Shown in pieces: positions 12,551 to 23,273 of a stretch of DNA of 64,000 nt. The notes beneath the pieces were generated by a model that worked only from the letters and a program-made list of their open reading frames with translations, was not told where the DNA came from and searched no databases. A program made the translations under genes and the position numbers. This stretch comes from Marsupella aquatica. Taxonomy: Eukaryota > Plantae > Marchantiophyta. Where the stretch lies: positions 2,579,927-2,643,926 of the forward strand of contig OZ316898.1 in assembly GCA_973895155.1 (NCBI GenBank), read 5' to 3'. Each line of letters begins with the position of its first letter. Position 1 is the stretch's first letter.

Positions 12551-15500
12551 TCAGTTTGGAGTTAATGGTGATGCCACGAACACAACACTTGGCTTCCCGG
12601 GAGACGGTGGTGATTGCTGCAACTGTGAACGATGAGGCCCAAGACTGTTGAGAGCTTCGTTATCTGTGAATAGATATATGCTGATGCTATCTAAACCCAA
12701 CTGCCTTGTGATGAGATTCGAATTCTCTCTGAGGACTTGAAGTTCACCAAACGGAAGCCTCAAATCCAAAGCTTGGGGACCGACCGCCTTCGTCTCATCC
12801 TGCTTGAACTTAATGAAAGGCATGCACTGGCCCAATATGCGCTTAAAGTCAGCCAGCTGGGCGATGGGACTACTCTTAAGTGCGGCCAAGATTTCGTCAA
12901 AAGGTCTGAAAGTTTGTGTTTCGCTGTTGTACTTCGCCTGCAAAATCCTCAAGCAGTCCTCCTGCCAGCCACCATAGTTTTCTTCAACAAAGATTAACCC
13001 AATCGATGGTTTTGGAGCATTTGGAGCAGGCTCAACTCTCTTCGCCTTTTTGGGAGGAGCTGTCTGCTTTTGTAAAACTTTCCTGAAATCTCTGATGGTA
13101 TTTTGCAAATACTTGTTGGCCCGCTGAAGGGTCAAGTTCGGGGCATCAAAGGCAGGGAATCCTGCTTTGACTGCAAAGCCCTCTTTCTCTAAAACATTGC
13201 TCCAGACGTGCTCCGCATAATGAGGACAAATCGGAGTGATGAGTTTAGTTTGGACATCCATGTATCTCCACACAAGGTCCCTATGCATTCCTGCTAAACC
13301 ACAGGATACAATATACTCATCTCTTGCAGTCTGAAGGTCATAGAATCCCGTTTTCAAAGCATCTCTGAACATCATTGAGTTGTAATTCTTCTCAGTTTCA
13401 GCTACCGCTAAATTGAGCTCAGTTTCAAATACTTTGTCAGCGAACATAAACGCGTCCTTTCGTAGAGACTCTTCTGCAGGCAGTACCTCGTCCTCCATCC
13501 AAGTAATCTCCTTCGTTAGACGCAAGATAGCTGAGTTCGCCGTCTCGAAAACAAAGTTGGCATCATCCATAGTATCGCCGGCATCAGCTAGTGCAAACCG
13601 CGTAGCATCAGCAGAAAACTCTTCAATTGACTCCCGAATTGTCCTGAAGTTCCCAGTAGACTTGGACATTTTCTCAGAATTCAGCATTATGTGCCCATTG
13701 CATCTATAGGCCAGAGGCCACTTCTCTTTTGGAAACATAGCTGTGTGATTGTATACTGCGAAAGTCAGATGATTCTGAATCAAATCTTTTCCAGACACAC
13801 GAATGTCAAATGGATACCAATAGCTGAACTCTTGCTTCATTTTCTTCAGCAAGTTAGGAGAAATCGTTGTATCAGGTAAGGGGCCATCTCGAAAGAGAAA
13901 ATCCCAAACCTCGACAGTCATCTCCTCTGGCTTTATTGGACCAGTGGGCTTCCCAAACATATCTCCACCCTGTAAGTAATGAGCGACAGTATAGTAAGCC
14001 ATGTAGATAGTGGAATCTGAAAGTGATTCAATCAGGAACTGCTCATCCCAGGGCATTCTGGTACCCAAACCGAACGACCGAGAACATGCCCACTGATTGA
14101 GCCAACCAAGAGTATGATCAAATCCATTACGTGTTTCCTCGTGGAATAGTTCCATTCCCTTCAAACACTCCTCAGCTTTGGCCCTCCACTCCGGTTCTCC
14201 ATAAGTCAAATACCATTGATCCGTTAAAGCCACGACACATTCGTCACCAGATCTGGACATCACCTTTTTCTCAGGTTCACTGTATATCACGGCTTGGTTC
14301 GAGTCAACCAACAACTTCTTAATGAGGGGTTTGGCTTCTGAAACTTTTCTGCCTTTGTATTCACCCTTGAGAACCGTTCCTGATGTAAATCCCTTGAGGT
14401 AAGTCAGCCGCTTAGCCTCTGCCAGCTTCTCTTTCTCATTTTGACTCTTGATTTTCAGATCAATGCAAACCCTTTCTGCAGCCTTGTCTCCGAACTCTGG
14501 AATGTTGACAATAGAAATCGGTTCGAAAGGGAGAACCCATTCATCTTTGACACCATACTTAGCCCTCAGCGCCGGCTTTGCTTTGAGATCTTGTAAGCCC
14601 ATATAATCATCCGGTGCATCACTTGGAACACTTGTAACAATGCCCGTCCCTTTATCGGTGAGAATGGTCAGCAAAGGCAACGCATAGACAACAGGATAAT
14701 CAGTGAGAGGTGCAATTAGAGGAAGACCAATCAAATCCCGTCCAGTCAACTCAAGTAGACAAGTCGGCTTTTCTGGAACCTTGGACAGCTGCTGGTAGGC
14801 AAGGTTGAGAGCTGCCCGCTCGGTCACTACAAAGACTTCAGTTTTATTGATTTCATACGCTCCATAGTTCCCCTCAGGAAGCACCCAAGTGTTTGTCTGT
14901 CCATACATTGTCTCTGGACGCAATGTAGCAGCGGCCAGAAACACCTCTTTCCCTTCTAAAGCCTTCAACTTACCAGTGAAAGGGGGTTTCACCTTAATCT
15001 TGATGAGCGTATACTCCTGCGGTTGAACACCTTCACCCGAAGCTCGGTCATGATCTGCACAGGGCTGTTTATCCATAGGAGAATAAATTGCATACCGGTT
15101 GTCCTTCACAATCTTCCCTTGATCCTTCATGTGCTTCATGTGCCAACGGACGAAAGAATCGTAGTAGGGGTTGTAATCTGTCGTGATGAATGTCCGCCTC
15201 CAATCACAGCCCATCCCAAATGCCTTCAAATCCTCCACGGCAAGCGGTGGGAAATACGTCAACCAGTAAATCGGATCGCTAAACTTGGCAATCTCATCAT
15301 TCTTCAACCCTAACGACTGCATGATCTGCCACTGGTACTTTGTAACGCCAGCCTTAGACACCGCCTTGGACTTCTTGCTCTTGAATTTCTCAGGCTCCGC
15401 TCTCTCCACCTCCGCTCCGGACTCCACCGGAGCTGCTACAGTCTGAACCGCATCTTCCTCCGAAGGGAAGACGGGTGGGTTCCCAAACGCCGCAATCTCT

Positions 15501-16033
15501 CGCGCTATTTTATCAGCGCAGGCCTTGATGGGCATACCAGTGCAGTGAAACCCGAAGGGCAGCAGCACCTGCTTCCCCCTCAGCCGGTGGTACGCGGCCG
15601 CGAACTCCAGCTTGCTCGCCGAGAAGGCATGGCCAAGATGCAGCAGCCCATTCATGTACGGGTACGGGAAATTACCGAAAAACTTCTCTCCCGCCGCTGA
15701 GGGTTTCTCGCTTGGCGCATCGACCTCGAAGACCTTGGCCGCCTCCCATCGCTGCTGCGCATTCTGCTCGATCTCCAGGAGACGGTCCCGCCGCGCGTGG
15801 CTGACGGGCTTCTCCGCCATGGTGCTCAATTTCTGCAGGTGCGCCGCAGCAGGAGCTCCTCCTCTTCGGATTGTCGCGATAATTGACGTCGTCGAGAAAT
15901 TGAAGCAATTGGATTTGGGTCGAGCGGCGACGAGGAGCTGCTGCTGCTGTGGTGACGAGCTGAGCAGAGCGCTGCTGCTTCTGAAGCTGTAGCTATGGAA
16001 AAGCTGTAGCTGGACGACCTTCTTTGGTTTCAT
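12551..16033 (-). CDS. LARS: Leucine--tRNA ligase, cytosolic (eukaryote/archaea-type), intronless, with a 71-aa N-terminal extension
   Basis: Single 1160-aa ORF with class I motifs FPYPYMNGLLHLGH (HIGH) and KMSKS, CP1 editing-domain motifs ATLRPETMYGQTN and GTGIVTSVPSDAPDD, and SGKDLIQNHL. A second Met (M72, ATG at 15820) begins the conserved core. Confidence 0.97.
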   Translation of the reverse strand: MKPKKVVQLQLFHSYSFRSSSALLSSSPQQQQLLVAARPKSNCFNFSTTSIIATIRRGGAPAAAHLQKLSTMAEKPVSHARRDRLLEIEQNAQQRWEAAKVFEVDAPSEKPSAAGEKFFGNFPYPYMNGLLHLGHAFSASKLEFAAAYHRLRGKQVLLPFGFHCTGMPIKACADKIAREIAAFGNPPVFPSEEDAVQTVAAPVESGAEVERAEPEKFKSKKSKAVSKAGVTKYQWQIMQSLGLKNDEIAKFSDPIYWLTYFPPLAVEDLKAFGMGCDWRRTFITTDYNPYYDSFVRWHMKHMKDQGKIVKDNRYAIYSPMDKQPCADHDRASGEGVQPQEYTLIKIKVKPPFTGKLKALEGKEVFLAAATLRPETMYGQTNTWVLPEGNYGAYEINKTEVFVVTERAALNLAYQQLSKVPEKPTCLLELTGRDLIGLPLIAPLTDYPVVYALPLLTILTDKGTGIVTSVPSDAPDDYMGLQDLKAKPALRAKYGVKDEWVLPFEPISIVNIPEFGDKAAERVCIDLKIKSQNEKEKLAEAKRLTYLKGFTSGTVLKGEYKGRKVSEAKPLIKKLLVDSNQAVIYSEPEKKVMSRSGDECVVALTDQWYLTYGEPEWRAKAEECLKGMELFHEETRNGFDHTLGWLNQWACSRSFGLGTRMPWDEQFLIESLSDSTIYMAYYTVAHYLQGGDMFGKPTGPIKPEEMTVEVWDFLFRDGPLPDTTISPNLLKKMKQEFSYWYPFDIRVSGKDLIQNHLTFAVYNHTAMFPKEKWPLAYRCNGHIMLNSEKMSKSTGNFRTIRESIEEFSADATRFALADAGDTMDDANFVFETANSAILRLTKEITWMEDEVLPAEESLRKDAFMFADKVFETELNLAVAETEKNYNSMMFRDALKTGFYDLQTARDEYIVSCGLAGMHRDLVWRYMDVQTKLITPICPHYAEHVWSNVLEKEGFAVKAGFPAFDAPNLTLQRANKYLQNTIRDFRKVLQKQTAPPKKAKRVEPAPNAPKPSIGLIFVEENYGGWQEDCLRILQAKYNSETQTFRPFDEILAALKSSPIAQLADFKRILGQCMPFIKFKQDETKAVGPQALDLRLPFGELQVLRENSNLITRQLGLDSISIYLFTDNEALNSLGPHRSQLQQSPPSPGKPSVVFVASPLTPN

Positions 16034-16181
16034 TCCTAAAACCCTCGGAGAGTGGTTGCATGGAGCAATGACTGGCCCTCACCCCCAGTACTCGCCCTCA
16101 CTTATGTGTGTCCCAATATACGCTTGTCTTGGAGTTCAAGTCATCCTCATCTATATAACTAATTGGAGATTGGAGAGGTAT

Positions 16182-16312
16182 ATTTACTGGACCTCCAACC
16201 CAAACTTTTTCTCTTAAGGGACCAAAATACTAATGTATATAACTAATTTACTGGACCTCCAACCCAAACTTTTTCTCTTAAGGGACCAAAATACTAATGT
16301 ATATAACTAATT
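16182..16312 (+). repeat. Perfect 64-bp tandem duplication upstream of LeuRS
   Basis: atttactggacctccaacccaaac...tatataactaatt starts at 16182 and again at 16246. Confidence 0.9.
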
Positions 16313-16599
16313 ACGGATCCCCATGAGAGGTCCCTTGCAAAATTTGAGATTCCACAGGGCGCCACATGAGAAACTAGTAGGGGTTGTAATCTGTCGTGAT
16401 GAATAACTAGCGGTTCCATTGAGCACTGACTGGCCCTCGCCCGCAGTCCTTGCCCTCACTTATCTGTGTCCTACAATGCACGAAACTGTTGTCTTGGAGT
16501 TCACGGCATTCTCTCACGCGGTTGAGTGTTCGAACCCAGTCTGGAACTGCATCTACAGCAGTAGCCATAGGTTTGTGCAAAAAATAATTAGAAGGAGCC

Positions 16600-16917
16600 T
16601 CCAAGCCCATTCTTTGAATGTTTATGAAATCTTATTAACTAATAGCTAAGAGAACCTAGAGTTGGGGTCTAGGCTTCTAGTGCAAAGCCTCTTTGAATGC
16701 AGTCAAATCTTACTAATGAATTACAAATAGAACTTAAAGTTGGGGTCTAGGTTTCTAGAATGAAACCTCCTTGAATGCTTATGAAATCTTATTAATGAAT
16801 TGCGAACAGAACTAAGAGTTGGGGTCTAGGCTTGTAGAGTGAAGACTCTTTGAATGTTAATCAAATAGATCAGGAAATACCTAGAGTTGGGGTCTAGGCT
16901 TCTAGAGTGAAGACTCT
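16600..16917 (+). repeat. Degenerate ~78-bp minisatellite, about 4 copies
   Basis: The core gttggggtctagg occurs at 16661, 16739, 16818 and 16886; the first three are followed by ttgaatg. Confidence 0.85.
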
Positions 16918-18615
16918 AGATGGTAACCTATAGGGCCCCACCAAATTTATGTCCATGGAAAGAAGGAATGGAACATTATGTATCTAAAAAAAGATAGCAT
17001 GTGATAGTTGAGAAGGTTTTCTGAGCTTGCTTGGAGCAGGGTTCAGCGTGAACCCCTGCCCAAACTTGCATTAGGATGCTTAATATATTTTTTTGTCAAG
17101 AAAAAGGTTACTTCCTTGCAACAGATTATGGGAAGAGGAAGAGCAAGGGACAAGGGACTCCAGAAATGTTAGTGTTTCCATTCAAGGTAACCTGCTGCTT
17201 TCCTGACAGAATGTTAGAGAGGGCCCAAGATGATTTTATATTCGACTTTGTTGTTGTTACGACCAAAACGGTGTACATTCTCACTGAGAGGTTGCATAGC
17301 TCTCACCAACTTACAACAGTGGGAGTGAGAGCATGACGATGCTTTAAGCCCGTGATTTTTTTCTAAAATCGATATTTGTGATTTCTATTAGAGGGAATTG
17401 ACTTCTGAGCTTTACATTCCTACCAAACCACTCTGCTGCACATTACTCCGTAATTGCTCGTAAAGATTACACGAGCAGACATCGGGAAGCGCTTGAAAGA
17501 AGGAGCAACCGCCAAGAGAGAACCAAAGAGATTGAGCAGGAGGAGGGAAGGAGATGGCAACTGCCGTTGATGAGCTCAGTTTACAAACGAAGATCGACGT
17601 GACAGTCAATTGATGTCGAGGGGCAACACAAAGCCGCAACAGCTGAATCAAGATTCGATGCGAACAAATGGTGCAGGCGAAAGGGAAGAAAGCTGGAGAG
17701 ACTCGGACAATGCTCAAGTTTGCGCAGCAAGAACGAGTTTTCGTTGCCATTAATAACAATATGTGCTCTACATTGGTCTGTAACACTTGTGTTGGAGCCT
17801 TTCGGGAAAGAGCATTTTGGCTCATAAGCTAATCAAGACGGTAGAATGAGGGAATGTCAGTTACAGAAGCTGAAATGATTCCAACTGAACTTCCGGCGGA
17901 CGATCCTCAGGTTAGCAATTCGTTTCCTCGTGATATCCTTGAAGCTCCTTCTCTGCTAGCCAGTAGTCATCCAGCTAGAGCTCCATTGTGAGTTCTGACG
18001 CATGAATGCACAAGAGGGCTGGAGCTATATACACGGTCCCCCGAAGAGCTTTATCGATGAGTGTGAAATGCGTCCCAGGGGAGAGCGCCAATTCAGGGAG
18101 ACTTCAGGCTGCTTACGTTATGCGCGGAAAACCCAATTGTCCATAGACTCTCCGTCAGGTAATATGAATTCATATCAACTTCGAAGTCAAATGTACACCT
18201 TCGATTTCGACATTGTGCCAAGAAAACTCCAATTTCTGGAAATTCCATCCGCACCTCCACCGATCTTGAGGCGATCGGAGTGACAGTCGTAATAACATCA
18301 GAGTGATAATTAAGAAACACCGATCGTGAGTTCTGGTTTAAGATGTAAACTAGAATTGACAATTGTGTACAGATCCGAAGGCGAGAGACCGTTGCATTCA
18401 GAGGGAGAACCCAGTTTTAAGCAAGCGAGAATGCCGTCTTGAAGCAAAGTTCTCGAGGCCGTCATTAAAATCTGCTCAGTAGCATTTCAAGTGCCTCTGA
18501 AAGTCGAGGACCCTCAGTACCTCCTCTAATCCCTCTCCGATCTTCAAGCTGTTCAGACGTCTCCTCAAACAAACACCCCCGTTCTCTTTCAGAACTTTCT
18601 GAACAATCTCAATGA

Positions 18616-19137
18616 CGAGGAGAAGGCGTAACAAGAGAGGACCGTATCTTTAGTCCTGCCTCCCACGGGTTCCCTGAATCGGCCGTCCCGTCCAACATCC
18701 TTCGCTACGACTCTGTCGCGGGAATCTCATATATACGGGGACTCAACAAACTTGCCATATTCATCAAAGCTCGATGCCGAGGAAATGGTACAGAGATGGC
18801 CAAGGCTGCCATTGTAGTCTATCACGGGTGGGATTCCCAATACAATTACAATGAATGTCTTCCCACGGGCGATAGACATACCAACCAGCTAGCAGAGATC
18901 TGGGATGCACTGAAGGCGGTGGAACAGGTCCGTGACCACCTGAACAACGGCTTCAAGAATGCGCACGGTGGACCGATCCTCAATCAAGAGGTCTTCCGTT
19001 ATCTGGAGAAACTTATTTTGGAAAGGGAAACTGATAAAACTAAAATCCAATTCTGGCAAGTACCCAAAAAGTATAATCAAGATACCAATCGTTTAGCAAA
19101 CGTAGCTCTCCGACGTTCTTTACTAGCCCCCCAATAG
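18616..19137 (+). pseudogene. Degenerate RNase H1-like gene, fungal-style
   Basis: The open frame reads ...DRIFSP...LAIFIKARCRGNGTEMAKAAIVVYHG...YN...TNQLAEI.DALKAVE...NGFKNAHGGPILNQEVF...IQFWQVPKKYNQDTNRLANVAL, which follows the RNase H1 motif order (DGAC.GNG, TNQ.AE, W..NG, N..AD.LA). The first catalytic Asp is Lys, the last is Asn, and the central DS.Y segment is missing. Confidence 0.7.
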
Positions 19138-19364
19138 TAGCAGTGCCAGTTGGGATGGTGGACAAAGAAGTCATCAGGGTCTGCAATTAGCCCAGACTTT
19201 GATTTGGTATTCAATTTCATTTCCTGTTTTTCCAGTGAGACGAAAATGAAAGTTCGGAACACGAACAGGCATTTATTATTTTTCCCAATTGGCACGGATT
19301 TCAGCTGTAATTTCAACCCGACATACTTAATTATCTGGGTGACAAACCTCAGCATTTGTTCAAC

Positions 19365-19523
19365 CATTCTATATTCGAATTCTGTGAAATCATTCTATAT
19401 TCGAAGTCTGTGAAATCTGATCCGTTTGACAAGAACTGTACATTCTCCTAGATGTGATCCGTTTGACAAGAACTGTACATTCTCCTAGATGTGATCCGTT
19501 TGACAAGAACTGTACACTCTCCT
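19365..19523 (+). repeat. Adjacent short tandem arrays (26-bp x2, 37-bp x3)
   Basis: cattctatattcgaa.tctgtgaaat occurs twice, followed by tgatccgtttgacaagaactgtaca.tctcct at 19418, 19455 and 19492. Confidence 0.9.
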
Positions 19524-21056
19524 CACTGGATGTGTATGAGACAGGAGTTCAAGGAGACTGAAACTTTCCATCAGACACCTCTATCTTGCGGAAACTCTCC
19601 GCCTGGTCAATCTTCTTGAAGCTGTCTTGGTGAATATTCGGCATTGCTACAGCTTGAGTCAATTTTTTATGGAACTTCAGGTTCATACGAGGTCATCTGT
19701 GAAGCCAGGCCTCACTCTCCTTTACAGTCCCTATGGAGTCGACGTACCGAGAAGCACTGCTGCACCGGTTACAACCTCGACGTACATCCCATCTCTGGAA
19801 GTCTGGAGATCCACAGAACTTGCTGCGGGGTATTCTGTGTGCCGCTCTGCACAAGTGTGCTATCTGGGAGCTCTACTTCTATGCCAATCTACCACTCTAC
19901 AGTAATATGAATGGGTGGCCACAATAGACATCCCGCCTGCCATCACTGGTTCTCAGCAGTGAAGAGCATTTTGAGAGTTTGATTCAGAAACTCAATTAAC
20001 AAATTTGCAAGTGGGCATTATGATAGAAGTGACCACAAAGGTTCCACAATTGTTTCGGTGAGGAATAGATTGTGAACAGCCTCCAAGACTGGATGAACAT
20101 GAACTTTGTCGCTTGCTCCGATTGGATCCTATCTCTACTGAACACTCGAAACCAGTGAGCTACAGAAGTCCTCTTTCACTGGGACCTGTAATCCATCCCG
20201 CGAAACAGAAGATAGCGATCGCTCCCACGCCGGCCAGTCTGAACGCAAGGAAAATTTGGAAGCAAGTGATTACGGGCGTGCGACCTCATTGAGCATGGAG
20301 TGAATGGAGCTGAAACAAGGATGTGAAGGAGCATCTTCGTTGCCTACTTCATTCCCCAATTTCTCCGCCCCAACACATGAACGTCAATCCAGCAGGTTCT
20401 GAACAGGAGATTACCGATGTAGGACAAAAGAGTTTCAAGTACGTCAACTAGACCTGAGAATGTTTGAAGCGAAAGTCCTTATCTTTTTCAGCCAGTGGAG
20501 AATACCCTTAGAACCTGCATTGCATTAAAAAACTCAAAAGCCCTCTTAGGAAAGTGCAGGCTGCGAAGAAGTCCCCCTAGGGTCAGAACAACTAAAGTAC
20601 ACGCCATATATTTTGACTGAAAACCCATCTCGCATGATATAACAAAGAGATCCTGTGATTGAGAGCACGGAGAGCGGTAGAGTACCACAGCAGCCTTCAC
20701 TTACTTGGAAGTCAACTGGGAAGTCTTCGCACATGGTCCCCTCTCAAATTAACATCAACTTATGCCTTCCAAATGTATGAGACATTTCCTGCTTTGTGGC
20801 TAAAGTACAGGCTGATAATCATTTATTCCGAAAAAATGATGTCAAAGCAATTGCCTGACAGAGACGGTGACAGACTCAAGACGATCTCCTATCACATGTT
20901 CAGCAATGCTAAAAGAATCAAATCTACTCTTTCTGTTACAAGCCTCAACGAGTGCAGTGAACTCCAATGCCGAGCAGAAGGAATGAAGGCAGCCAATTTG
21001 GCTGTGCTCCTGTGCACAACTTCATCAGGGAAGTGTTCACAAAGTTGGCTCAGTCT

Positions 21057-23273
21057 TCAATCCAGATAGAAGAGAGTAACAATTTTACGAAGATTCTTGG
21101 CTTCTCTACAAGTTTCCATGAGAAGGTTACTATCATGGAAAGCGAAGCATATGACTTGCTGGACGTGAGAGAGGATGTCCATGTTGCAAAGCCTGCAAGC
21201 CGACCCACCAAGCCCACCACTTAGTAGAAATCTTTACACATCTTTCACAGACATCCATGGGTGAGACAAAGAGGAAAAACTGGCAGGACACATCAAATCA
21301 GCAGAACCTGTGATGACTTGCAGCGATACAGATGTCAACATGCCTATGAACAACAGTAACGTAAAAGTTCATTTCATTTGCAGCTATCGTTGATTTAGAA
21401 TGTGAGCCTTCGGCTTGGATCACTCACTTCCATCAGTTTGGATCTACTTCCCTTTAACATCTATGCAAAGGTAAATACTGCCATCTAATCGGAGACCAAC
21501 GACACTACTTGAAAGTATCTTCCATTGATCCCAGAACCACAGACATCAAGACTGTTTTAAATATTCTGTTGGTATTCCTCTATCCCTGCTATTTTGTCAT
21601 CAAGAAAATTACCAGCATAGGAAAGTGCCCAAACAGGTTGAACAAAGGAAATCTACTGGAAAAATAGGACTCGAACTCAAGCCGTTGGTATTTCAGGAGT
21701 ATTACAATACCTGCTAGCTTCCATTAGTGGCAGATGATCATTGTGCGGCATTTCCATCACATTTTTCACCTGCAATCAGGTGCGCAAGTTAAGAATATAG
21801 TTAAATTTATGAGATCCGTTCAGTTGGTAACTAAGCTACGACGAAAATTTTGATTTCTTCCACTGGTAGCAGAAGATATGGATGAACTAAGGTCCACAAC
21901 TCCAGAACATATCCCGATTCCTTTGGCTTCAACTGGAAGATTTTCTCTCGTGCAGAGCACACTCGCATACCTTGGACAGCAATTCTTGACTCTCTGGCGG
22001 TTGCTTCTTCAGGCTCTGAGGCAAAATAACAGTGAGCAATTCTGGCATCTCAGCCCTCAAAGCTCCCCGTATGACGGCCGCATTAGTCCCTGAGGCTCCT
22101 GAAGTGTATATGTGGTTTTTCTGAGATCGGAGATACAAACTTATCAGTTGTTAACATGTGCGAAGGTATACAGAAAATTATAGTTTTCATGCTAAAACTG
22201 AGTTGCGAGCATGAAACACACTTCATGTAAGTCTCCAAACGGGAAAGGATACTTACTGTGATGACCATTGCATAGCTCAAAATCTCGATCAGTTGTTGAT
22301 GCATAAACCCCATGTTCCGAGTTCCAAAAAACCCTATTGCCCTTGGCCCTGACTGTTGAATAGCAAGGAGCTCCTGCAATTTGTAAAAAACGAACAGGTT
22401 AATCAGAGCTCCTGATACAGACTTGGACCCAAGGCTGGCCGAGCATTACTGACAGCTGTTATAACCTACAAGCTACTGTAGAATGACGATAAATAGAGCT
22501 CGAGAAGTAGATTCCCATCGATCAAATCAGCGGAGTTTTTACATTACAGGCACATGGCTTCCAAAATTCGACTATCAAGGAAGCGACATAAGAGAAACCC
22601 AAAAATCCTACTTATCCTTCTTGTGCTTAGACTCATTTGTGACATAGATACGGGCAAACTTTCAAATGTTCCCCAATACCTGAAGATAGTCCAAGTCTGG
22701 CAACGACTTAAATTCAGCTTGAATTGTAGTAGCTCCAGTCACAGTTTCAGCTTGGTTTGGGAGCGGATCACTATAGGATGAAATCGTCCACATATCCTTA
22801 TCCTCACCTTGGAAGAACATGTCCGTTCCATCCCTGCCATTGTGGGATTTTGCATGGTTCTGTAAGAATCACAAAAAAGCGCTTTGAGAACCCTCGTGGG
22901 CGCCAAAAATTCAAGGCTCCAAGCACAGCTCCACAGAGGGAGAGATGATAAACCCACAGGGAAAGAGGACAAGGAGGAGAAAAAATAAAACTGAACAAAG
23001 CTCCGCAGAGCGAGAGATGATAAACCCACAGGAAGGAGGACAAAGGAGAGAAGAAAACACCTGTACACGACCCACCCTCCATGACAGCGTCGACGATTCC
23101 GTCACGAGTGCCCTTTTGGGTAATCTCAAACCTCCCCTTTGCCGCTCGCCTCCCCTAAATGAAGAAGCCAATCCATAGCCCGAGCTCGACGCAGCAGCAG
23201 GTTGTGCGCTGACGAGAATTTTGGAATTACAAGAGAAACTAGCGCGGGGGCAGGAGGCCCCCAACGAGGGCAT
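21057..23273 (-). CDS. Plastid-targeted DprA/Smf-like Rossmann-fold protein (cyanobacterial 'DNA recombination-mediator protein A'-like family), ~284 aa
   Basis: Exons 23273-23061 (alternative donor at 23076), 22859-22680, 22373-22257, 22120-21971, 21769-21711 and 21192-21057 are all GT-AG and in phase. The product reads LDYLQELLAIQQSGPRAIGFFGTRNMGFMHQQLIEILSYAMVITKNHIYTSGASGTNAAVIRGALRAE...CFAFHDSNLLMETC...VTLFYLD*, preceded by an S/A/R-rich transit-peptide-like N-terminus. Confidence 0.88.

Noticed and set aside
12737-15992. Short ORFs overlapping LeuRS
   Set aside because: Antisense or alternate-frame by-products of a long coding region.
17400-18400. Coding-like sequence between LeuRS and the RNase H relic (also 7280-7840 and 19560-19960)
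   Set aside because: Only short ORFs in mixed frames with no recognisable motifs or consistent splice structure; cannot support a call.
16600-19523. CRISPR-like arrays (78-bp and 37-bp repeats)
   Set aside because: The units are contiguous tandem repeats without unique spacers, there are no cas genes, and the context is eukaryotic.
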